DNA from: Candidatus Wolfebacteria bacterium RIFOXYD12_FULL_48_21 | GTDB taxonomy: Bacteria; Patescibacteriota; Minisyncoccia; UBA6257; UBA9933 | Direction of reading: 5' to 3' | DNA: 64,000 nucleotides | Assembly (NCBI GenBank): GCA_001793945.1 | Contig: MGIW01000004.1 | Span: 26,843-90,842 of the forward strand | Made by a program: the position numbers and the translations under genes | Part shown: positions 46,777 to 57,084 of the stretch, piece by piece | How positions within the stretch are numbered: position 1 is the first letter of the stretch | Layout of the letters: every line of letters starts with the position of its first letter | The notes under the pieces: model-generated | Database searches by the model: none | The model's input: only the letters and a program-made list of their open reading frames with translations | Told to the model about the DNA's origin: nothing

Positions 46777-49014
46777 ATGAAAACATTCAAACGACTGACA
46801 ATTGGGTTTAAAATAATGAGCGCGCTGACCGCGATTTTATTATTGGTAATCGGAACGAGCGTGGCGACATTTATTATGCAAAAAAACCGCATATCCGATG
46901 CGATATTTGCGGAGCTGACGCTTATAAACAATGCGTCGCGCGTCGTACTGCTCGATGTAATAGACGGCATACAGCGCCGAACGATAGACTTTTCTTCTGA
47001 TGGATTCATTCGGGATGCTACGCAAGAAATAGTACGAACCGGGAAACAAGAAGTGATCGACGCGCTCGGGGAACACCTCAAGAAAAACAAACTTGCGCTT
47101 GACTCGGCAATGTACGGCATCAATATATTAGATCGTTCCGGCACGGTAGTCGCATCCACCGATGCGCAGGAAATAGGCAAGGACGGATCACAATATGTTA
47201 AAGAACTGCAATCGGAAGATTTTATCTTTGGCGCCACGCAAGTAAGCGACTTTATTGCAACGGACAGTTTTGGGGTCTCTACGATCGCTTTGGCGGTAGC
47301 GGCACCGCTCACTGATAAGATCGACGGAAAACGGATCGGCACATTGGTAAGTTTTATCAAAGCGGGTAGCGTTGCCGACGCACTAAAGATCAAAAGTGAT
47401 CTGTTCATAGGGATTGACGAGCGATATGCATCTATGAACCTATTTTTGGTAAATAAGGACGGCTATGTCATTGATGACCAGTTTTTCAATGGCATGCGTT
47501 TGACGCGCCAAGCCGATATTGCCACAATTCTGCAATGCAGTTCGCAAAAAAGTTACACGAATGCGCAGGGAGATGAGGTCATCAGTGCCGCTCTGTGCAT
47601 GGAAAATGGCTGGACGCTGGTGACGGAAATTTCGGAAACGCAGGCCATGCAATCGATAGAAGAGACGCGTCAAAGTCTGATCTATTTGGCGGCGATACTC
47701 TCTTTATTGATACTAGGAATCATCTATCTTGTGAAAAAAAGGATCGTCGACCCCATTAAAGTGCTCGCATATGCCGCACAAAGGATGGGTGAAGGGGATT
47801 TTGATATACGAACCCATATCGGGACATCCGATGAGCTGGGCGATCTTAGCGCGGCGTTTAACGATACCGCCGAGAAACTGAGGGATTCCCATATCGTGCT
47901 TGCCAAAAAAATACGCGAAGTAACGGAAGATTTTAAAAAATTCAAGCTGGCCGTAGATGGCACATCGGACCATGTTATCATTACCGATATGAATGGAGCG
48001 ATACTCTATGCGAATAGGGCTGCGGAATTGACCACAGGGTATACACGCAAAGAAATCATCGGGAGCACTCCGGCCCTGTGGGGAAAGCAAATGCCGCAAG
48101 AATTTTATAAAACCATGTGGAGCGCCATTAAGGAACAGCGCAAAAGCTTCTCTGGTGAAATAACCAACAAACGCAAGGATGGACAGCTCTATGTAGCCGA
48201 AACGCATATCTCTCCGCTTTTTGACGAGCAAAACAACCCTTACGGGTTCGTGGGAGTGGAGCGGGATATTACGCGGCAAAAGGAAATTGACAAATCAAAG
48301 ACGGAATTCGTCTCCATCGCATCCCATCAGCTGCGCACGCCATTGACCATCATTAATTGGTATATTGAAATGCTGTCCGACCAGCAAGGCGCAGCGCTTT
48401 CCGAAAAGCAAAGACAATATCTTGAAGAAATAACGCACGCGAGCAAACGCATGATTGAGCTAGTCAACGCCTTGCTGAATGTTTCACGCATCGACATGGG
48501 AACATTTATGGTAGATGTGGAACCGCTTGATTTTTCACTTGTAATGGATGATGTACTGAAAGATCTGTCGCTGCAGATCGCACAGAAGGACCTGCACATC
48601 GCAAAGAATTACGACAGATCACTACCCCGTATCAATGCTGATCTGAAGTTGCTGCGCATCATTTTCCAAAACCTACTCACGAACGCAATCAAATATACGC
48701 AGAACGGTGGTTCCATCATGATCGAATTAAATAAAAGAAGTTCAAGCATTACAATCAGCGTAATCGATGACGGATTCGGCATTCCAGTGCACCAGCAAAA
48801 CAAGATATTCTCGAAGTTCTTTCGGGCAGACAATGCGCGGGAAAAGGAGCCTGATGGAAACGGACTTGGTCTGTATATCGTGAAATCGCTCGTGGAACAT
48901 TCCGGCGGAAGAATATGGTTCATATCGGAAGAAAACAAAGGAACGGCATTCCATGTGGAAATTCCGCTTGCAGGCATGAGGGCAAAGGAAGGCTCCAAGC
49001 CGCTGGCAGCCTGA
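46777..49014 (+). CDS. Sensor histidine kinase, tandem paralog of the upstream kinase
   Basis: Same architecture; PAS DHVIITDMNGAILYANRAAELTTGY, H-box FVSIASHQLRTPL; sensor domains diverged. Confidence 0.9.
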   Translation: MKTFKRLTIGFKIMSALTAILLLVIGTSVATFIMQKNRISDAIFAELTLINNASRVVLLDVIDGIQRRTIDFSSDGFIRDATQEIVRTGKQEVIDALGEHLKKNKLALDSAMYGINILDRSGTVVASTDAQEIGKDGSQYVKELQSEDFIFGATQVSDFIATDSFGVSTIALAVAAPLTDKIDGKRIGTLVSFIKAGSVADALKIKSDLFIGIDERYASMNLFLVNKDGYVIDDQFFNGMRLTRQADIATILQCSSQKSYTNAQGDEVISAALCMENGWTLVTEISETQAMQSIEETRQSLIYLAAILSLLILGIIYLVKKRIVDPIKVLAYAAQRMGEGDFDIRTHIGTSDELGDLSAAFNDTAEKLRDSHIVLAKKIREVTEDFKKFKLAVDGTSDHVIITDMNGAILYANRAAELTTGYTRKEIIGSTPALWGKQMPQEFYKTMWSAIKEQRKSFSGEITNKRKDGQLYVAETHISPLFDEQNNPYGFVGVERDITRQKEIDKSKTEFVSIASHQLRTPLTIINWYIEMLSDQQGAALSEKQRQYLEEITHASKRMIELVNALLNVSRIDMGTFMVDVEPLDFSLVMDDVLKDLSLQIAQKDLHIAKNYDRSLPRINADLKLLRIIFQNLLTNAIKYTQNGGSIMIELNKRSSSITISVIDDGFGIPVHQQNKIFSKFFRADNAREKEPDGNGLGLYIVKSLVEHSGGRIWFISEENKGTAFHVEIPLAGMRAKEGSKPLAA

Positions 49015-49065
49015 CTCGGACAATGGTGGAGTTTTTGTTTGAGGAGCAGTATACTGAATATACTT

Positions 49066-49464
49066 ATGAACAAAAAAGAACTTGCCGACATTCGAATACT
49101 GGTGACTGAGGACGAAGAATCCATGCTGTCCGCGCTTGCCGATAAGATACGCTATACCGGCTTTGCAGAGGCGCTTACGGCCCGCAACGGAGAAGAAGGC
49201 CTTAAGATCGCACTGCAAGAGCACCCGGACCTGCTACTCGTCGATATTTTGATGCCTAAAATGGACGGCATCACGATGATAAAAAGGATCCGCGAAGATG
49301 CGTGGGGCAAAAGCGCGAAGATCATCCTGCTGACGAACTTCGACACGACCGATGAAATGCTGAAAGATGTAGCGCTCATCGAACCGTCGTATTATCTCCT
49401 TAAGTCGAACTGGAGTATAGACGATGTCATGACAAAAATAAAAGAAGTATTAGAACTATTATGA
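49066..49464 (+). CDS. Orphan single-domain response regulator
   Basis: REC motifs (TEDEE, LLVDILMPKMDG, ILLTN); C-terminal KSNWSIDDV shared with the 1473 receiver; TATACT directly before ATG. Confidence 0.85.
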   Translation: MNKKELADIRILVTEDEESMLSALADKIRYTGFAEALTARNGEEGLKIALQEHPDLLLVDILMPKMDGITMIKRIREDAWGKSAKIILLTNFDTTDEMLKDVALIEPSYYLLKSNWSIDDVMTKIKEVLELL

Positions 49465-50276
49465 CAGACCAAACAAACACCATCATTAAAAACGGCATGC
49501 GGGTGATCGGCGCGATCGCCGTAGCCGTTATCGCATATTCCGGATTGGTGTACGCCCGCGCATACTCGGAGTCCATCCAGCCGTCATCGTTTCGCAGTTT
49601 TTCGGTAAGCGGGGAAGGGAAGCTGACTGCAATCCCGGATGTGGCCGAGTTTTCATTTGGCGTGATAACGCAGGGCGGAAAGAATATTGCCGATGTGCAG
49701 AAACAAAATACCGAAAAAATGAACGCGCTGGTCGGCTTCATTAAATCGCAAGGAGTAAAGGACGAGGACATCAAGACCCAGCAGTTCAGTATCGAGCCAC
49801 GCTACCAATATTATGATTGCTCATCGCGGGTGATCATGAGTATCGGATCGGAACCAACCCCATGTCCGCCGCCCGATATCGTCGGCTATACCATCACACA
49901 AAGCGCATTGGTAAAGGTTCGCGATTTCGACAAGATTGGAGCAATTATGGGCGAGCTTTCGCAAAAGGGCGCAAACTCCGTATCACAGCTTTCGTTCACC
50001 ATAGACGATAAAACACGCATAGAAAGCGAGGCGCGTGAAGAAGCGATCAAACAGGCCCAAGACAAGGCGCGCTCCATAGCAAAGACCGGCGATTTCAAGA
50101 TAGGCAAACTGCTTACGATAACCGAAAATGTATACCAACCCGTACCAATGTACCGTGATGCGGTCGGAGGGTATGGAAAAGCGCTTTCCATGGAAGTGGC
50201 TCCTGTGGCACCTTCCATAGAACCCGGCTCGCAAGAGGTTTCCATTACCGTTTATCTCAGCTACGAAATACGCTAA
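49461..50276 (+). CDS. SIMPL/DUF541-family protein with N-terminal anchor
   Basis: F.VSGEGKL.A.PD.A.F..GV block typical of SIMPL; ATGA overlap with upstream receiver. Confidence 0.75.
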   Translation: MTDQTNTIIKNGMRVIGAIAVAVIAYSGLVYARAYSESIQPSSFRSFSVSGEGKLTAIPDVAEFSFGVITQGGKNIADVQKQNTEKMNALVGFIKSQGVKDEDIKTQQFSIEPRYQYYDCSSRVIMSIGSEPTPCPPPDIVGYTITQSALVKVRDFDKIGAIMGELSQKGANSVSQLSFTIDDKTRIESEAREEAIKQAQDKARSIAKTGDFKIGKLLTITENVYQPVPMYRDAVGGYGKALSMEVAPVAPSIEPGSQEVSITVYLSYEIR

Positions 50277-50285
50277 GCGCACAAA

Positions 50286-50312
50286 GACAGCTCCCACAAG
50301 GGGCTGTTTTTA
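50286..50312 (+). terminator. Rho-independent terminator
   Basis: gacagctcccacaaggggctgttttta. Confidence 0.8.
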
Positions 50313-50418
50313 TATATTTTGACAAACGCTTTGCCGGGGGTATACTGCAAGTAGAATATTGTCAGCTACATATTGGAATGGTATAGCACACATTCACTAC
50401 TTGCAAAGGGAGGGTGTC

Positions 50419-51897
50419 ATGTCAAAACCGGAGATACCAAGGGTGGCGTTTTTTATCGATACCAATGTACTATTGCATGATCGGGAATGCCTTTCGAAAT
50501 TTGGGTATAACATCGTCGTTATCCCGATCTGGGCATTGGAAGAGCTCGATAAGTTCAAAAAACATCAGGATGAACTGGGCGCCAACGCCCGGGAAATATC
50601 GCGTCAGCTCGAAAAGCTTCGCGAACACGGCTCGCTCGCAAAAGGAGCACCGACCGAAACGGGAGGATTGTTGTTTGTTGATTACAACGGAACCGACTTC
50701 AACAAACTGCCGGTCGGCCTGTTGCGCAATAATGACAACAGGATCATTCTCGTCGCGAAGGCGTGGCAAGAAAAACTGGACAAATTAAAAAAAGGCGCAA
50801 AGCAAAAGGAGCCAAGACCAAAATACTCCGAGGTGATCATTGTTTCCAAAGATATAAACCTGCGTCTTAAAGCAGATGCATGTGGCATCACTGCCCAGGA
50901 TTATTTGGGCGATAAAACGATAGAGCGCATCGAAATGCTCTACTCCGGCATGGAAACGCATGTACTGCCAAATCGCATGAAGTTCGTCTTGAATGATCAT
51001 ACGGTGCGTCAGCAGGGGCTCATACCCGCAAAGGCATTGGCCGACACGCTACGACTGGACGATATTCATGCGAATGCATGCTGTCAATTCAGAGTAGATA
51101 AAACGACGGTCAACGCGATCTACAAAAAGGCCACCAGATGCTTTCGCATCGAACGAAAGATGGGGCCTGCCCGAAAATGCCTCGTGATGCCAAGTAATAT
51201 AGAGCAGCGGTTCGCCTATGAACTGCTCATGGACCCCGAGATCTCGATCGTAACACTCAATGGCAAGGCAGGATCCGGCAAAACGCTTATGGCGCTATTG
51301 GCGGGGTACGAACAGCTCGAGGATGTATATGACCAATTGCTCGTGTATCGCCCTTGCCACGAAATAGGGGCGCCACTGGGATTCAGACCCGGTAGTACCG
51401 AGGAAAAGTTCGACCCATTCACGCTTCCGATCTTCGATAACATGAAACTCCTTCTGGACGCAAGGGTGAGCCTGTGTGCCACCGGACAACAAGGAGGAAA
51501 ACATGTTGCCAAAGGGTTCAAAGAGCTAAGGGAACCAAAGGAATCCAAAAATGGATCCTACGCTAAGGTAAAGGATCTGATCACAAAAGGGTTGCTCGAC
51601 ATAGGGCCCATCAATCACATCCGCGGAAGAAGCATCGCAAGGTCATTTATCATCGTCGATGAATCGCAAAATCTCACCCCGCTCGAGGTAAAGACCATCA
51701 TCTCGCGCGCCGGCGAAGGCACAAAGGTCGTACTGACCGGCGATGTCTACCAAATAGACAACCCACTGGTCGACTCGATCTCAAACGGTCTGTCGCACAC
51801 GGTCGAGCGGCTCAAAGGTTCGGAACTGGCAGGGCATATCACGCTCCTCAAGTGCGAACGGTCCAACCTCGCAGAGCTTGCAGCAACGCTCCTGTAA
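50419..51897 (+). CDS. PhoH2-type protein (N-terminal PIN domain fused to PhoH-like ATPase)
   Basis: PIN acidic residues (FFIDTNVLL..D); Walker A GKAGSGKT, Walker B IIVDESQN, PhoH C-terminal motifs. Confidence 0.88.
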   Translation: MSKPEIPRVAFFIDTNVLLHDRECLSKFGYNIVVIPIWALEELDKFKKHQDELGANAREISRQLEKLREHGSLAKGAPTETGGLLFVDYNGTDFNKLPVGLLRNNDNRIILVAKAWQEKLDKLKKGAKQKEPRPKYSEVIIVSKDINLRLKADACGITAQDYLGDKTIERIEMLYSGMETHVLPNRMKFVLNDHTVRQQGLIPAKALADTLRLDDIHANACCQFRVDKTTVNAIYKKATRCFRIERKMGPARKCLVMPSNIEQRFAYELLMDPEISIVTLNGKAGSGKTLMALLAGYEQLEDVYDQLLVYRPCHEIGAPLGFRPGSTEEKFDPFTLPIFDNMKLLLDARVSLCATGQQGGKHVAKGFKELREPKESKNGSYAKVKDLITKGLLDIGPINHIRGRSIARSFIIVDESQNLTPLEVKTIISRAGEGTKVVLTGDVYQIDNPLVDSISNGLSHTVERLKGSELAGHITLLKCERSNLAELAATLL

Positions 51898-51923
51898 CAT
51901 TCCATACGCATTACAAATACCAA

Positions 51924-51951
51924 GGTCCCGCATCCACGCGGGATCTTTTTT
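51924..51951 (+). terminator. Rho-independent terminator
   Basis: ggtcccgcatccacgcgggatctttttt. Confidence 0.8.
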
Positions 51952-52026
51952 ATGCCTCGCCGTTGTAGGGCATGGTACTATCGGATATACTATAAGGAGT
52001 AACACATTTGGGGAGAAGATTTATTT

Positions 52027-53694
52027 ATGCACAAAATTATTGTACTGCTAAAAAGCAAGTTGTTCATTGCGCTCGCGTCAGTCGCGGTCATTATCGGCGG
52101 CTATACCATCTATCAAAACACGCGCCCGCAGACATACCCGACCGTACCGGTAAGCCGTGGCGCCATTCGCGAAGAGGTGAACATTACCGGCAAGGTGAAG
52201 CCGGCACAAAACCTCGATATCGCATTCGAAAAGGGCGGCCGCGTTTCACGCATCCGTGTCAAAGTAGGCGATGCGGTGCGGGCAGGCCAAGAGGTCATAC
52301 AATTAGATAATGCGGATCTCTATGCCCAGCTTGCCCAAGCGCGGGCAAATGTCCGTTCGCAAGAAACAAAGCTTGAACAGCTCACCATAGGCGCTCGCCA
52401 AGAAGACCTTGCCATATCGCAGGCACGCGTAGACAACGCAAAGATAGCACTCGCCGATGCACAGCGCAATTTAGCGAATGTCACAGAAAAGGCGGCCATC
52501 GACCTTGCGAACACCTATAGCTCGGTATCCGACACACTGACGGACGCTTACACAAAATCGGACGATGCTATTCGCAATCAGATAGACAATCTTTTTTTGT
52601 ATGACGAAACGGATCGTCCGACGCTTTCGTTCGTTTCGTACAACAGTCAGGCAAAAATCGACTCGGAATCGGGGCGTGTGCGATCGACCGACCATCTGAA
52701 GGATTTTTCAAAAGAGCTGAATGCGATCAAAGGTACGAATGGAGACACGACCGGGCTGGATACGGCACTCGATAATGCGAAGATTCATTCGGGCATATTT
52801 TTGGATTTTTTCAGCGACCTGCAAGATGTGGTTAACAGTCCAAACAGTCTGAATGCCACAACACTCGCATCCTACCAGTCGGCCGTCTCGGCGGCGCGCA
52901 ACACCATCGTCACGACAGCGACAAATGTAAACAAACAACGCCAATCCATAGCGGCTCAAAAATCCACGAACCAAAGCGCCATATCAAATGCGCAAGCAAG
53001 TATCACAACTGCGCAAACCTCGCTTGACCAAGCAGAACGCGAACTAACCCTAAAAATAGCGGGTGCTTCGGCGCAGGACATAGCATATCAAAAAAGTCAG
53101 GTAGAAAACGCACGGGCAAATGCCGATTACTATCAGGCACAAATAGACAAAACCATTCTCAAGGCGCCATTTTCGGGAACGGTAACCAAAGTCGTTCCAA
53201 CGATAGGGGATATCGTTTCACCCAATGTGTCCGTAATCTCGGTCATTGGATCAGGACGCTTTCTTATCGAATCCTATGTGGCTGAGGCGGATATCGCAAA
53301 GGTCAAGGTCGGCAACACGGCCAAAGTGACTCTCGACGCGTATGGCTCGGATGTCATATTCGATGCGCAGGTCATATTGATAGACCTATCGGCGACCACA
53401 CTTGAAGGTGTCGCCACCTACAAGACCACCTTTGAGTTCGTACAGGAAGATGTCCGCATTCTTTCTGGACTTACGGCAAACATAGATGTTCTGTCGGGTG
53501 AGCGCGCAAATGTACTATACGCGCCGACGAGAAATATCACTTCGCGAAGCGGAGCCAAATATATAAAACTGCTTACTAACAGAGCAAAGGGAATCGTCGA
53601 AGAGGTCGAGGTGGTCACCGGATTGCGTGGGTCCGACGGGCGCACGGAAATCGTTTCGGGAGTAAAGGAGGGCGACGCCATAGTAACAAATTGA
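52027..53694 (+). CDS. HlyD/MacA-family periplasmic adaptor (membrane fusion protein) with extended coiled-coil
   Basis: N-terminal TM, biotinyl-lipoyl-like halves (GKVKPAQN..., TILKAPFSGTV), about 250-aa coiled-coil insert, beta-barrel C-terminus. Confidence 0.85.
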   Translation: MHKIIVLLKSKLFIALASVAVIIGGYTIYQNTRPQTYPTVPVSRGAIREEVNITGKVKPAQNLDIAFEKGGRVSRIRVKVGDAVRAGQEVIQLDNADLYAQLAQARANVRSQETKLEQLTIGARQEDLAISQARVDNAKIALADAQRNLANVTEKAAIDLANTYSSVSDTLTDAYTKSDDAIRNQIDNLFLYDETDRPTLSFVSYNSQAKIDSESGRVRSTDHLKDFSKELNAIKGTNGDTTGLDTALDNAKIHSGIFLDFFSDLQDVVNSPNSLNATTLASYQSAVSAARNTIVTTATNVNKQRQSIAAQKSTNQSAISNAQASITTAQTSLDQAERELTLKIAGASAQDIAYQKSQVENARANADYYQAQIDKTILKAPFSGTVTKVVPTIGDIVSPNVSVISVIGSGRFLIESYVAEADIAKVKVGNTAKVTLDAYGSDVIFDAQVILIDLSATTLEGVATYKTTFEFVQEDVRILSGLTANIDVLSGERANVLYAPTRNITSRSGAKYIKLLTNRAKGIVEEVEVVTGLRGSDGRTEIVSGVKEGDAIVTN

Positions 53695-53703
53695 TAGGCA
53701 CAT

Positions 53704-54474
53704 ATGCATGAAACAAATAGCGCAAGCAAAGAAAAACATTCCCATAAAGATCGTCCACTCGTTCTTTCAACAAAGCACCTGCGAAAGGTGTACATGATCG
53801 AGGACATAGAGGCGGTAGCGCTGCGCGACATATCCCTTGATATTCACGAGGGGGAATTTGTATCCATCATGGGTCCGTCAGGGTCGGGAAAATCAACCTT
53901 ACTGCAGATACTCGGCTGCTTGGAGCGGCCAACTGAAGGAGCCTATCTGCTCGACGGGAAAGATCTCGAACATTATTCCGACGATGAACTCGCGCGAATA
54001 CGCAATAAAAAGATCGGATTTGTGTTTCAAGCGTTCAATCTCTTGCCGCGTCTTTCGGTCATCGAAAATGTAAAGCTTCCGCTTGTCTATGCCGACATCC
54101 GCGAACCGGAACGCACGAATATTGCCCGCGATATCATCCGCATGGTCGGCCTGTCCGAGCGGGAGCAATTTCCTACGGTAAAGCTGTCCGGCGGACAAAA
54201 ACAGCGGGTAGCCATCGCGCGCGCACTGGTAAACGATCCGAAGGTAATTTTTGCCGATGAGCCCACCGGGAGCCTTGATTCAAAATCAGGAGCCGTCATC
54301 TTGCAGTTCCTGCAGGATCTGCACGAACAGGGTCATACCATTGTCATGGTCACGCATGAATCTTATGTTGCGGCGGTCGCCGAACGCATCATCCATATAA
54401 AAGACGGGCTTATTGAAAGTGATGAATGGGTCGAACATCGCCATCGGGTAAAAAATGACGATCTGATCAAATAA
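53704..54474 (+). CDS. ABC transporter ATP-binding protein (MacB/LolD-type)
   Basis: [35 protein letters not shown]. Confidence 0.92.
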   Translation: MHETNSASKEKHSHKDRPLVLSTKHLRKVYMIEDIEAVALRDISLDIHEGEFVSIMGPSGSGKSTLLQILGCLERPTEGAYLLDGKDLEHYSDDELARIRNKKIGFVFQAFNLLPRLSVIENVKLPLVYADIREPERTNIARDIIRMVGLSEREQFPTVKLSGGQKQRVAIARALVNDPKVIFADEPTGSLDSKSGAVILQFLQDLHEQGHTIVMVTHESYVAAVAERIIHIKDGLIESDEWVEHRHRVKNDDLIK

Positions 54475-54478
54475 ATAC

Positions 54479-55720
54479 ATGCGATTATGGGACACGGTTC
54501 ATATGGCGACTATCGGTTTGGCGACGCATCGTTCGCGTTCATTGTTGACCATCCTTGGCATCGTCATCGGCATCGGGGCGATCATTGTGGTCGTCGCATT
54601 GGGTGAAAGCGCGAAACAGCTTATTGTAGGCGAGATCCAAAACATGGGTCCTAAGAACATATTTGTCGTTCCCGGTCGGGCGCCTACCGATATTGGCGGA
54701 GCAGGGTCGACCCTGTTCATCGACTCGCTTCGGGAAAAGGATTTGAACGACCTCAAGGAGCGCGCGAATGTTCCGAATGCGCTATCCGTAACACCAATCG
54801 TCTTCGGCAACATTACATCCACCTATGAAAACGAATCCTACATGGGCTTGGTCATGGGCAGTACGCCCGATCTCGTTCGCCTGTTCGATCTGACCCTCGC
54901 AAGCGGGGATTTCTTTCCCGAAGAAAGCGTACGACAAAAGGAGGATGTGGTCGTGATAGGAAAAAAGGTTGCAGACGAATTGTTCCCGACACAAGACCCG
55001 ATCGGCAAAAAAATAAAGATCAAGGGAAAGAACTATCGCGTCATGGGCGTATTTGGGCAGAAGGGCCAAGGTTCGTTCGTGAATTTCGATGAGACCGTGG
55101 TCGTTCCCTATACGGTCGTGCAGCAATACATTTTGGGCATAAAGCATTTCCAGCGCATGGTCGTGGAAGTGGACGAAGAAGGAAACATCGCGAATGCAGC
55201 GCGCGACATAGAAACGCTCTTGCGTAATAATCACAACATAGATGATCCCGAAAAGGACGATTTTTTCATCATGACGCAAGATGATATCGTGCAGCGCATC
55301 GGAACCGTGACTGACATCATGACACTGCTATTATCCGCGGTTGCGGCGATATCGCTGATCGTTGGCGGAGTTGGCATCATGAACATCATGCTTGTTTCCG
55401 TCATGGAACGCACCCGAGAGATCGGTTTGCGCAAGGCACTTGGCGCGACCAACAAGGATATTTTGCGCCAGTTCCTTTCCGAAGCGATTATTCTTACGGT
55501 CAGCGGCGGCATCATTGGCGTAGGAATCGGAGTGACCATCGGCATCGCGCTTTCGCTGATTATCAATTATGTCTTTGGCATCGCCTTCTCCTTTTCATTC
55601 CCCGTAGGCGGCGCAATAGCGGGACTTCTTGTTTCCACGGTGGTCGGCTTTGCCTTTGGCATCTTCCCTGCGCGGCAAGCATCGCGCAAAAGCCCCATGG
55701 AAGCGCTTCGCTACGAATGA
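54479..55720 (+). CDS. FtsX-like ABC permease (MacB/LolC-type, 4 TM with large extracytoplasmic domain)
   Basis: MacB_PCD-like domain then FtsX block (RTREIGLRKALGAT). Confidence 0.9.
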   Translation: MRLWDTVHMATIGLATHRSRSLLTILGIVIGIGAIIVVVALGESAKQLIVGEIQNMGPKNIFVVPGRAPTDIGGAGSTLFIDSLREKDLNDLKERANVPNALSVTPIVFGNITSTYENESYMGLVMGSTPDLVRLFDLTLASGDFFPEESVRQKEDVVVIGKKVADELFPTQDPIGKKIKIKGKNYRVMGVFGQKGQGSFVNFDETVVVPYTVVQQYILGIKHFQRMVVEVDEEGNIANAARDIETLLRNNHNIDDPEKDDFFIMTQDDIVQRIGTVTDIMTLLLSAVAAISLIVGGVGIMNIMLVSVMERTREIGLRKALGATNKDILRQFLSEAIILTVSGGIIGVGIGVTIGIALSLIINYVFGIAFSFSFPVGGAIAGLLVSTVVGFAFGIFPARQASRKSPMEALRYE

Positions 55721-55741
55721 TGCAAATTTTATGAAGCGGAT

Positions 55742-55823
55742 TGTCATTCCGATCCGCCAGCCGGCGGACGAGGAATCTGTTGCCATAAAAAGCTACAGAT
55801 CCCTCGACAAGCTCGGGATGACA
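55742..55823. repeat. Repeat family copy C (TGTCATTCCGATCCGCCAGCCGGCGGACGAGGAATCTG ... CAGATCCCTCGAC ... GGGATGACA)
   Basis: Between the two FtsX paralogs; creates a spurious in-frame N-terminal extension (ORF from 55629). Confidence 0.8.
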
Positions 55824-55841
55824 AAAGATACTACACATACT

Positions 55842-57083
55842 ATGACCAATAACGACAGGATCAAAACCGCATATGAAGGAGTCATCATGCATCGCTCGCG
55901 TTCATTGTTGACCATCCTCGGCATCGTCATTGGCATCACATCGATCATTCTTATTCTTGCAATAGGAGCCAGTGCTCAAGAGCTTGTGCTCCGCGAGGTG
56001 CAGACCTTCGGGCCAAAGAATGTATTTGTACTTCCGGGAAAACAACCGGAGGGTTTTTCGGGGTTTGCAGGATCGATCATGAATGATTCATTGCAGGAAC
56101 GGGATGTTACAGCACTCAGAAGAAAGGAAAATGTTCCCGATGCCGCGGTGGTCATGCCATATATGGAAGGAAGCGTTACGGCAACATACCGTTCCCAATT
56201 GTTCGGCGGCGCATTGCTGGGTGGTGAAAAGGATATATTCCGCCTGTTCCAACTTGAACTCGCCGATGGAGAGATATTCTCCGACGAAGATGTCGCGCAA
56301 CAGGCGGGCGTGGTCATACTCGGCACCCGCGTCGCGGAAAAACTGTTCGATACCGAAGACCCAATCGGCAAACATATCAAAATAAAGGATAAAAATTATC
56401 GCGTCATCGGAGTGTTGCGCAAAAAGGGTCAGGGCGCGGCGGCGGCATACGACGACGCATTCATCATGCCGTATACGACGGTGCAGCAGTATGTCATGGG
56501 CGTCCATTATATAAGCCATATTATCGTCGAGGCAAAAACGGAGGGATCGATTCCCGCGATGGTGCGCGATATTAAAACGACCATGCGTGAAAGTCACGAT
56601 ATAAAAGACACGACCAAAGACGATTTTTATACCATGACCATGGAAGACGCGGCAGCACTCTTTACGACCATTACGGATGTTCTGACGATCCTACTCACGG
56701 CAATCGCGGCCATATCGCTAATCGTCGGCGGAGTGGGCATTATGAACATCATGTTCGTATCGGTCACCGAACGCACACGCGAGATAGGGCTGCGTAAGGC
56801 GGTTGGCGCAACGGATCAGGACATACTGCGGCAGTTTTTATTCGAAGCGCTGATACTGACACTGACCGGAGCGATCATTGGCATTATGATCGGCTGGGGC
56901 GGAGGCATCGTCATTACCTTTATCCTTGGAGCGACCTATGGTATGGATTTTAATTTTTTCTTTCCCTTTCAGGGCGCGCTGATCGGCGTGATCGTTGCCA
57001 TGACGATCGGTTTTATATTTGGCATCTTTCCCGCGCGACAGGCGGCAAGAAAAAGCCCCATGGAAGCGCTTCGCGCAGAATAA
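55842..57083 (+). CDS. Second FtsX-like ABC permease (paralog)
   Basis: Same architecture (RTREIGLRKAVGAT); start set at MTNNDRIK by alignment with the paralog and a CATACT motif directly upstream. Confidence 0.88.
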   Translation: MTNNDRIKTAYEGVIMHRSRSLLTILGIVIGITSIILILAIGASAQELVLREVQTFGPKNVFVLPGKQPEGFSGFAGSIMNDSLQERDVTALRRKENVPDAAVVMPYMEGSVTATYRSQLFGGALLGGEKDIFRLFQLELADGEIFSDEDVAQQAGVVILGTRVAEKLFDTEDPIGKHIKIKDKNYRVIGVLRKKGQGAAAAYDDAFIMPYTTVQQYVMGVHYISHIIVEAKTEGSIPAMVRDIKTTMRESHDIKDTTKDDFYTMTMEDAAALFTTITDVLTILLTAIAAISLIVGGVGIMNIMFVSVTERTREIGLRKAVGATDQDILRQFLFEALILTLTGAIIGIMIGWGGGIVITFILGATYGMDFNFFFPFQGALIGVIVAMTIGFIFGIFPARQAARKSPMEALRAE

Positions 57084-57084
57084 T

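Noticed and set aside
46293-47408. 371-aa minus-strand ORF
   Set aside because: Antisense to the 3' end of HK1 and 5' end of HK2; no domain signal.
55629-55841. N-terminal extension of the second FtsX permease (ORF track start 55629)
   Set aside because: The extension is translated through the MITE-like repeat and has no counterpart in the paralog; the start was moved to 55842.
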